This document shows, piece after piece, positions 1-9,100 of a stretch of DNA of 64,000 bases (the first letter of the stretch is position 1; the number at the start of each line of letters is the position of its first letter). Position numbers and translations under genes: made by a program. Origin of the DNA: a virus (taxonomy: Duplodnaviria; Caudoviricetes). The notes below the pieces were generated by a model that was not told where the DNA came from, did no database searches, and worked only from the letters and a program-made list of their open reading frames with translations. The stretch spans positions 161,629 through 225,628 of the IMG/VR virus record IMGVR_UViG_3300028804_000001. The stretch is one strand, 5' to 3'.

Positions 1-3000
1 ACCTCAAGATGCTTAATGAGGTTAGCTGTCTTAATCTCTGGAATTAGATGCTTTCTACTATGACGATAGTATCCTCTCATTCTATCGGTAATAACAAGAG
101 TATTTCTTTCTCCAAATGGTCTTACTGTGCATACATGATTTGGAAGCTGAAGGAGAACTTCCTGGAGATATGACCACATAGTTTCATTATAAAGAACATG
201 TGCTTCTTGAGGACCTGCACCTTCTCCAGTAATAGCACGTTTAACATTACTATACTTTTCAACAGCTAAGAAATATATCTTCTGAAACTCACTGGTAAAT
301 TTTTTAGCCTGGCTAACAGCATTTTGATCTATATATTCTTTTAGTGCATCGGACGTAGTCTTATCTGTAGTTGCAACTTCGTATACTTTTTTTCCTAATC
401 CAAAACTATTAGCTATGGGAGATAAAGGATTAACTAGATTAGTTAGCTTGGATAATATTGGACTACTACTTCCAAATATCTTTTCTCCTGGATTTGTTAA
501 GAATCCAGTTACTCCGCTAGCAACAGATCCTGCAGTTGACTGACTGGTATTATTAGCACCCGCGGCTGCAGAACCATCTCCCCATAATTCAGAAGCACCA
601 GCAGAATAAAAGCTATCACTATATATAGGTTCTAGAATCTCTTTCTTGATTTGTTCTACTTTAGAATCTCTATCTGTAATCTTGCTGAAGTAGTTATATC
701 TAGTATCATTTACAGGTGCATGCCAGATGCGAATGTTCTCCTGTATATTGTGAGACTGAAGGAGTTCGTTGTTATTTATACTTACAATACTTCCAATAGC
801 ATTTGCTACTGCATTAGTTCCACCAACTGATTTAAACAGTTCTTTTGCAAACTTACCAAGAAGTGCAGATGTTGCCTTCTCCTTAAGAGTTGCCAATAAG
901 CTTTGGCTACTTGGATCCAGGTTATCAAATTCAAATGCACTGGATCCTGCAATTGAAGTAGTTTCTCCTAATCTTCCCTCGAGCCTATCTGTTACTTCGG
1001 TAAAGTTATTAACCAGTGCTTTACGTACCAAGAATTCTAAAGCAGAATACTGGTTACGTTGAACCTGCAAATCGGAGTAATGCACATTTACAATCTCAGG
1101 TTCCGGTACTCCCATCTGTTCATAGAGAAGAGATCCAAAGCTTGTACAAACAATCTCCATGATTTGATCGCCTTGCATGCTTTCTATCTCACCAACGAAT
1201 ACTAAATCGTCATTAGTAAGGACAGAACCATAACCAAGGAAGATCATGAGATGGCATCCAGGTTTAAGTAGAATGCTACTTATCTCAGAGTTAATAGATG
1301 GATTGTAAAAGAGAGGATTCTCTTTCTGCATCCTATCTGCCATTACGTTTGTAAGCCGGTTAGAAAAGTTTGTAAGCTTAACTCTAGCAGTTCTCATTGG
1401 AGATTTAACGGAACCATTTACTTCGATGCTTTCTACTCCAGAGTAGGAATAATAATCATCTAATAAGAGCCATTCTCTTTTGTTATCCTGGAGAAAGTAT
1501 AGCTTATAGATTGGATTCATCTTTGCTATCTTTTCACCAAATCTATATTTCTGCGCATCGTTTAATATCTGAGATTGCATGTTTTTAGTAACAGCAAATC
1601 CAGCTTCTCCATAAGCACCGGCAGTTGTATGAAGAAGGCTTGATATTGTTTTTATCTTTGTAATTGTGCTTTGCTGTGTATTAAATGAATTCGCAGCAAA
1701 TCTTAACTGCTGCGAATCAAAAGCTATCCTAGCTTTATATTTAAAGCTTCCAACTTCAGTATCATCACTGGAGAATGCATTTCTAAGAGTGTTATTATCT
1801 ACTATTAAACCTGGCCCATTTAATGATCTAAAACTATCTGCAGTTAAACCTGCTGGGTTAGCCGGAGGATTAGTAAAAGCTCTAGCAAATGTTTGTGCTA
1901 TACTATTATTATCCTCATAGCCAGTAGGAGCAGGAGAGTTTATAGCATTTCTAGCATCGCTACACAACTTCTCCATTTCATTTGTAAAATCAAAATTAGG
2001 AGCAAGACCATTGGGATTAATAGATTTGTTAGATTGTATATCTCTAAAAAACTCCCCTGCAAAAGGAGTCCTAGTTGCTAGATCCCATCCTAAATTTATT
2101 CCATTGAATATCTTTAATGCTTCTGCATTTTGTATATTTTGAAGGGATATGAGGTTGATTTGCTGAGTAAATAAAATAGCCTTTGGAAATGACTGTGGCT
2201 GCTTTGATCCACTTGTTTCGAAGTTAAATACTGTTGCCTGATTGTTTTCGTTTATGTATGAAATTTCATAATCAAGAAGGATTAATCTATCGCTGGGATT
2301 TCCACCGTTTGGTCGGAATCCTTTATAGAGAAGATGATATGCTAGATCTAGAGAAGATTTATGGAACTCTTGAATATTAGACTTTCGTTTAAAATATTCA
2401 GAGATAGGTTTTCCAGAAAGGGAGTTCTTAACAGTGTAGTTAAGAACTTGAAGCATAGCTACACGGAAGACTGACTTTAAGAAGAAGTCCGCAGATCCAG
2501 GAGATCCTTCGAATAACCTTTGGCCGTTTATTAAATTCTGAGCTCGTACAGTTGCATCTACATTCTGTTTAGTAATATTACCCAGAGAGTAATTATTAGA
2601 TTCTATGATAGCTGTCTGGACCTGAAATTCTCCAGCTATCTTTTCTACATCCTTTGTCTTTTCAGAATATATCCAGAACCCAGGATATGTGACTCTACCG
2701 AGAGAAGTATAATATCTAAGTGGAATAGACAGATAGGTATCTGGATCTATAATATGCCCTAAAGATGCATCCTGATCTATCTCTGGTGGAAAAATAGGCC
2801 CACCTGCAAAGTTATTTGCATCTTCAGATATCTGTGCAACTAAACGTAGAAGAACGGCATTACCTATAGTAGCATATGGTATATTAGCTATAACACCTTT
2901 GAGAGTCTCTAACTGACTATCATCACTGGATGAAGAGTTTAACCAATTTGAAACAGCATCTATAACAATTCCACCGAGAGTATATATTAGATATGCTACA

Positions 3001-6000
3001 ACTAATACTATACCAAGAACAGCACTGACTTCAAAAGCCAGAGCCAGTAAGACACCTATAGCTATTCCTATAGCTAAGTTAGATAGAATTGATAAATATC
3101 CACCTGATTGATCTACATATGTTTCCCATATTCCACTAATAGTAGAATCGGAAATGTGGCTGATATATGGGCATATGAAGTATAAGAAGTACGGGTTATC
3201 TCTAGCTTCTGGGCTAGCAGGATTAAGATACTCCACATGAGAAGATCTAGGATCGTTAGACTGCTTAACAAAAGTATTCTTAATATAGTACATCTCTGTT
3301 TCATGAATGAAATAGAGAATGTAGAGTCTCATGAAGTTAAATAGAGCATCATTAATATCCCTATCTTCCGGAGTTTGCCTACGATAATTATTACCGTATG
3401 CTATAAGTGTTCTAGCTCTCTTAATTAATCTCTTTCTAGATTCTTTAGAAAGAGATCTAATTCTTCTTCCTACTTTTCTTCTAAGTTTAGCACGAGCTGC
3501 TTTGAGAGCATCTACCTCGGCTATCATTTGCTCAGTGGGCTCTATTCCAGATGTAGAAGTTGGACTACTAATATTAATCTTAGATTCCAACATTGGGAGC
3601 ATATCTGCAAAGGAATATAATCTATTTAAAGATAATAGACCAAAGCATGCAGCTCTATATCCAGCACGTTCTGTGTTTAATATTGTAGTTAGATAATTCT
3701 TAATTGTTAATATCTGATAACCGTTTATACTCGATGCAATATTATAAGAGTTAGTTCCAAGTCTATCCATGAAAAGAAGCATCAGGTTTCTCATAGAGGC
3801 GCCAGCTTCTTTTTTACTTCCACTTAGTAGATCTTCTAATCCAACTCGTTTTTTATATTCTTCGTATTTACTAGAGAAATTGCCAGTCGTTTTAAAAGCT
3901 TTTGAAAGCTTCTTTGCTTCATCCAGATCGCCGGCTTTATTTTCATCAAAGGCAACATTGGAGTTGCCGTCGATAGTTGTCGTTATAAGAAAACCAAGAT
4001 TAGGAGCTGTTGATGTTTGTTGAGTAGATAGACTAAGCGATGTGTAACCATAGAAGCCACCAGCCAATGTTTCTGATTTCAACTGGGGCCCATTGTATCC
4101 TAGATATTCATCCATCTTATTTACTTCTGTGGGAAGTAATAAGGTTGAGAAAATATCTCTGGCCCTTCTACACCATTGAACTATAAGACTATCTAGCTCA
4201 TCTGGCTTATCATATGCCATCAGGATTTCTTTAATGAAATCCATATAATAGCTGGCCATTAACTGGGGAAGATTAACATATAAGAGAGGAGCTACAGCTG
4301 GACCGAATTTGGCATTTATTTCTCCTATAGTTCCAGGTAAATCTGGATTAACAGCAGGTTGGACGCCATTGGGATTAACGGGATTTAATTGAATATTCTG
4401 ACCGTTTATATTTACAGTATCTCTTCCAGCTGTTCTAGAAGGCATATTCTTATCATGTAGTTCAACTAGATAAGATATAAGAGCATCGATATTATCCTCT
4501 TTAGCTGGCTTTAAAGTTACAGTAGAAGAGTCCTTGACACTTGCAAACTTAAGTTCATCCGGAACTTTCTCAGCCTTCTCGCCAAGAATGTGTAATCCTG
4601 CCCATGCAGATGCAACTCCAATACCTATCTCTGCAAATTCCATTACTATTGCAGCTATACCCCCACCCCTAGAAAGCGTTTTAACTTTCTTCAAGGCGCC
4701 TGCTATCTTTGGAAGTTTACCAATTTTGGCTAAGAAGTTAGTTACGCCAGGAGCTATCTTGGTTGTAACCCTACCTGCTGCACCTATGGTTTTATCTGGT
4801 GCTGCAGTTACAGCTAAGAAGGTTGCTCCACTTGCAATACGAATCATCTGATCTTCAGAAGCATTTGGATTTTCAAGTGCTCCTAATATACCTGGCATGA
4901 TAGAAGGTTCTAGTGCGTGGGTGCTGTCTCCTATTGTTCTTTGTACAATTCTAAAGTTATGAAGGCGCTCTAGATTGATAGTTTCATTTGCAGGGAAAGA
5001 AGCTTTGAAGCCGCTAATTATTCTTTCTATTCTAAGAAGATATCTATTAAGAGCATAAGCTGCTAATACTGGAGCTACTGCGTTAATAATACCAACATGT
5101 GCAAGATTGAATCTAATAGACCTAGAGGCTAATCTAGCTTTGGCGGAATCGGTAGAATCTTCTACCCCTTTAACTATATCTGCTAAAAGTGATCCTTCAC
5201 CACCTTCTCGTTTCTGCCGGATTTGTTCCTGCAGTTTCTTTTGAAGTTCCTCGGGATTACCTTCTGGATCATCGAATGTGGCAAACCACGCAATGGCCTT
5301 TTCTGCCATCTTCTCAGAAGAAACCTTTTTATATCTTAAAGATTCGGTAAGAGCGAATCTTCTATCTATCCACTGACAGGTTAAAACAATACTAAGATGG
5401 CCTGGGTTTCCATCCAGTGTAGATATATCTGCTCTGGTTGGGTAGAATGACTTCATCCCAAATGCCGCAAACAGAGGATGAGATAGGATCATTGGCTCTT
5501 CTTGGCCAAAGAATGGATCGTCAATTCTACCAGTTAGGCTCTTAACAGAATCGGCAATGATTTGATTAAACTGCTCGAGATTGAGATTATCTCTAAGAAG
5601 TCTTACAGCTCTAAGAGTTTCATCCGGGAATATCTGAGCAGGACCTCTATCTAGAAACTTTCTAAATGTTGACTGAGAAGGATTAAACATAGCCCGGCCT
5701 TTTAATAAGCCGCGGGCTTGCTGCATCATATTATTAAGGGACTCATAAAGAGTAGTTCCCTTGAACATAGATAAGATCTTTACAACTGTATCTGGATCAT
5801 TAGTTACTATGTTCATAGTAACATATGCATTACGTCCACCCATGAACTGGCCAAATGGTTCATTGGCACCGGTCATAAAAATTGGTGTGGTATTATTATT
5901 AATACCCATAGAGACTTGAACTACTTTGGTATTAAGAACCTTACGAGCAGAACTAGAAGTAGTATCTTGCTGAATTGTTCGCTTAGTATTCAGCTTAACT

Positions 6001-6194
6001 CGAGTATGTTCAGTCATACTCTGCTGATTCATAAGATTAGCTACAGATGATAAACCTACGCAGGCATTAGCCATCTGCTGGAAAATATCATTGCCGGCAA
6101 ATAAGCTTCCGTTATTAGGAGCTCCTGTAATTGCATCTGGTATAGAAGACTGATAGAGTCTTCCAGTTTGAGGAGTTTTAATAGGTTCTGGCAT
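1..6194 (-). CDS. Giant virion protein (>2060 aa, 3' end outside window), probable baseplate hub / central tail protein with a transmembrane hairpin
   Basis: ATG at 6194 overlaps the upstream stop (TAATG). The frame reads MPEPIKTPQTGRLYQSS... and is still open at position 3 (...PEIKTANLIKHLE); absent from the ORF track because there is no stop in the window. Segment LLKPGCHLMIFLGYGS...VFVGEIES...EIVCTSFGSLL (about 1128-1275) resembles phage hub/late-control-D-like domains. Hydrophobic hairpin at about 2943-3098. Confidence 0.8.
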   Translation of the reverse strand, partial: MPEPIKTPQTGRLYQSSIPDAITGAPNNGSLFAGNDIFQQMANACVGLSSVANLMNQQSMTEHTRVKLNTKRTIQQDTTSSSARKVLNTKVVQVSMGINNNTTPIFMTGANEPFGQFMGGRNAYVTMNIVTNDPDTVVKILSMFKGTTLYESLNNMMQQARGLLKGRAMFNPSQSTFRKFLDRGPAQIFPDETLRAVRLLRDNLNLEQFNQIIADSVKSLTGRIDDPFFGQEEPMILSHPLFAAFGMKSFYPTRADISTLDGNPGHLSIVLTCQWIDRRFALTESLRYKKVSSEKMAEKAIAWFATFDDPEGNPEELQKKLQEQIRQKREGGEGSLLADIVKGVEDSTDSAKARLASRSIRFNLAHVGIINAVAPVLAAYALNRYLLRIERIISGFKASFPANETINLERLHNFRIVQRTIGDSTHALEPSIMPGILGALENPNASEDQMIRIASGATFLAVTAAPDKTIGAAGRVTTKIAPGVTNFLAKIGKLPKIAGALKKVKTLSRGGGIAAIVMEFAEIGIGVASAWAGLHILGEKAEKVPDELKFASVKDSSTVTLKPAKEDNIDALISYLVELHDKNMPSRTAGRDTVNINGQNIQLNPVNPNGVQPAVNPDLPGTIGEINAKFGPAVAPLLYVNLPQLMASYYMDFIKEILMAYDKPDELDSLIVQWCRRARDIFSTLLLPTEVNKMDEYLGYNGPQLKSETLAGGFYGYTSLSLSTQQTSTAPNLGFLITTTIDGNSNVAFDENKAGDLDEAKKLSKAFKTTGNFSSKYEEYKKRVGLEDLLSGSKKEAGASMRNLMLLFMDRLGTNSYNIASSINGYQILTIKNYLTTILNTERAGYRAACFGLLSLNRLYSFADMLPMLESKINISSPTSTSGIEPTEQMIAEVDALKAARAKLRRKVGRRIRSLSKESRKRLIKRARTLIAYGNNYRRQTPEDRDINDALFNFMRLYILYFIHETEMYYIKNTFVKQSNDPRSSHVEYLNPASPEARDNPYFLYFICPYISHISDSTISGIWETYVDQSGGYLSILSNLAIGIAIGVLLALAFEVSAVLGIVLVVAYLIYTLGGIVIDAVSNWLNSSSSDDSQLETLKGVIANIPYATIGNAVLLRLVAQISEDANNFAGGPIFPPEIDQDASLGHIIDPDTYLSIPLRYYTSLGRVTYPGFWIYSEKTKDVEKIAGEFQVQTAIIESNNYSLGNITKQNVDATVRAQNLINGQRLFEGSPGSADFFLKSVFRVAMLQVLNYTVKNSLSGKPISEYFKRKSNIQEFHKSSLDLAYHLLYKGFRPNGGNPSDRLILLDYEISYINENNQATVFNFETSGSKQPQSFPKAILFTQQINLISLQNIQNAEALKIFNGINLGWDLATRTPFAGEFFRDIQSNKSINPNGLAPNFDFTNEMEKLCSDARNAINSPAPTGYEDNNSIAQTFARAFTNPPANPAGLTADSFRSLNGPGLIVDNNTLRNAFSSDDTEVGSFKYKARIAFDSQQLRFAANSFNTQQSTITKIKTISSLLHTTAGAYGEAGFAVTKNMQSQILNDAQKYRFGEKIAKMNPIYKLYFLQDNKREWLLLDDYYSYSGVESIEVNGSVKSPMRTARVKLTNFSNRLTNVMADRMQKENPLFYNPSINSEISSILLKPGCHLMIFLGYGSVLTNDDLVFVGEIESMQGDQIMEIVCTSFGSLLYEQMGVPEPEIVNVHYSDLQVQRNQYSALEFLVRKALVNNFTEVTDRLEGRLGETTSIAGSSAFEFDNLDPSSQSLLATLKEKATSALLGKFAKELFKSVGGTNAVANAIGSIVSINNNELLQSHNIQENIRIWHAPVNDTRYNYFSKITDRDSKVEQIKKEILEPIYSDSFYSAGASELWGDGSAAAGANNTSQSTAGSVASGVTGFLTNPGEKIFGSSSPILSKLTNLVNPLSPIANSFGLGKKVYEVATTDKTTSDALKEYIDQNAVSQAKKFTSEFQKIYFLAVEKYSNVKRAITGEGAGPQEAHVLYNETMWSYLQEVLLQLPNHVCTVRPFGERNTLVITDRMRGYYRHSRKHLIPEIKTANLIKHLE

Positions 6195-9100
6195 TAGAAC
6201 TCCTCCACAAATTTACCATCGAGTAAACTATTAGCTTTGATATGATCCCAGATTCTAGAAACTAAAAGATCGTGCGAGTTATTAAATAAGTTAAGCAATG
6301 TTTCTATTCTAAATGCTGTAGCATTTGGTTTATTGGCCGGATCCTTTACATTATATCTACTACTATAGTATCTTTCTAATGTACGAGCTTCTATATCTCT
6401 TTCTCCATATTTCTGAACCCTTTCTTCAATGCTTGCCAGTCTCTGGAACTCTGCAATTAAGAATGCTCGTATCTTCTCTCGTTCATTAGCCAAACCATGT
6501 GCAGTAGTTGTGCTCTGTTCTGAACTGGTTATTGTGGTATTCTGATTATTATCTAGGTTCAAGTTCTTAAAAGCGTATACTTCCATTTCAAGATTTATTA
6601 ATCTTTTGGCTTCTATTTCTGAAAGTCCGGTGAAGCTTCGTGCTGTAAATGAATAGTTCTTTATCTCATTATATCTTCCCTGTATAGCCTGCTCATAATT
6701 TCCATCTAAAAGATATCTAAGAAGGTTAATACGAGAACCAATATAAATCATTGTCTCGGCATATAGAACATTCTTCCACTCTCCAACTGGACCCACATTA
6801 TCAATAAGATCCCTTTTTATCATCTCTGTAGTTCTTGCTGGATTTAAAGATTGTTGGGATGCAATTATTAGTGCCACTCTGTTGCTTACGCCATTCATTA
6901 CCTTTCTAGCTAAAGCTCCCAGGAATTTAGCTCTTTGTAGATCTGTTCCATCGCCCAGATTTATAAGAGTGTTGATGGCATCTCCAATTCTTGCAAAGAT
7001 ACTTCTTCCATATTTACGAGCTATCTTTCTGGTAAATTGAATGGATGAATCTGTGGCAGCGGCAAAAGATTTATCTGGCCTGAAATCCCTTACAAATGGT
7101 TCAAAGGTATCTGCGTGATATGTATAAAAGAAATCCTTTTTATTTACAGAAGCATCTACATACTCATGAAGCAAATGCGTATAGTAATTTCTAAATGGTG
7201 CACATTCACTTATATTACTAGTAATATCTCTAGCTGGCTGAAGATAAGATAAACCTTCTAATTGTGGTTCAGTGTAGATAAAGTAATCAACAAACTTATT
7301 TGGATTTAATGGCCTTGGTCTTGTATTTCTATCACCAGGTCTTGTTTTAGGTTTAGAAACAGGAGCACCTTGGAGCAGATCTTTATCTGCAGAATCTATA
7401 CTCCCATTTACTTTACTAGCCCCAAATACATCAGTTCCAAATGTTCTTCCATTGTTAGTATACGATGCAATTGTTCCAGCTGCATACATAATAGCTGGAG
7501 GCGTGCTATCGTCTACAGTTGAACTATCACTTCCACTTCCAGAATTAGTATACTGAGCATTGAATTCTTTTATATATACATTCCTTAACATCTCTTTAGC
7601 CATAGCTAAGAATGAGCCCTGGTTTAGAAGTTTAATGGCATTGCTTATATAATTAGAATCGGTGCTCTCTGCAGCTAAAGCAACTATACCTGGGATATTA
7701 AATAATCTGGTCTTGGCATACCCAACAATGAATACATATCTACCGATAAGTTTACTATAGGTAATACTCAAAATTACACATGGTAAGTTGGCAGTTAGAG
7801 TTCCAAACTTATGCTCGAATGCTATAAGTCTAAATGTATTATTTGCTTCCTGGCTTGTTAGATTAGTTAAAACATCTCCATTAGAGAATACTCCATTACC
7901 AGATAGCCCAACTACTGGAAATGGAATTGCTTCTACCTGTCCTATAACGGAATCTTTTCCTTCGAATAATTGCGAAAACATAGTATCGCTAAGAGTTATA
8001 TTCTCCTCTTCCCCATAATTCCAACTAAAAGTAGAAGTTATTGGATAGTGATCAGAGAATTCTATGGCCTGTTCAACTACAGGAATAACTGGAAAGTTCC
8101 GGGGATTAGTAATGATATAATCTTGCTGAACTGCTTGTTTCCATTTTCCCATCCTCTGTTCCCTAGACTGTTGATCGGTAACAGCATCTGGATTATCATT
8201 TGATGATAATGGTAAAACTCTTACATTAATTAACCATCTATCCTCAATGTCTAAAGGATTATTTGGATCTTCTATTCGAGGGATAAAGGCCTGAAAACCA
8301 TCATAATACTCATCGATGATTTTATTAGTAAGGTGGTTATAACTATAACTTACTTTGGTTCCAGTCTTAAAGAAATGATAGCTATAAAAAATATGATCAA
8401 TAGTTGTGAATGCTGACTCGATCCCATTAGCTGCTGCAGATTCTTCATAGAATGTTCCATACTGTCTTCTATATGCAGCTAGCTCACCTGATCTATTCTC
8501 GTTAGTTGGATTAGGAGCAAACTTAGGAGATAGAGCGTTGAACATTACCAGGCGACGCATTTCCTGAAATCGTTGTTCTACTTTATCATCAGAACCATAT
8601 TTAAGGTAATCGGAATAAAAGTTACCTGGCCCATAGAAATAATCTTTTAAGTTAACACCAAAATTAATTTTATTAATACTATTGGGATCATCTGCATTTG
8701 CAAGAAGACGCATAAGATCTGGATCTTCACATGTAATAATATCCATTGCATACTGGAATAAACCAGTTAGATTAGGATCTGGTGTAGTATTAGATAGTGA
8801 TTGTCTTAAAGATCGAACCCCTCTCTCTTGGAAAGTTCTAGATCTTTCATCCATTACTCTAAATACAACTTTGGCTGCTCTACGAGTAGATAAGTCTTTC
8901 TTAATAACAAAGTTGCTAAAACCTTGAAATCTTAATTCATCAAGTCCGGATGACTCGGGATAATAACTATAGTTAAAGTCACCAGCTACGATATATGGAA
9001 TATCTTCATTTAAAGATAATATCTCCTTTAGAAGAGCCACAGATTCTAACTTTCTAACTTGTTCTGTAATGAAACCAGAATCAGTTACGTTTGTTGATAA

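Noticed and set aside
769-4851. Short ORFs listed by the track in 769-4851, which make the region look gene-poor
   Set aside because: They are shadows of the unlisted minus-strand ORF 1-6194, which has no stop inside the window.
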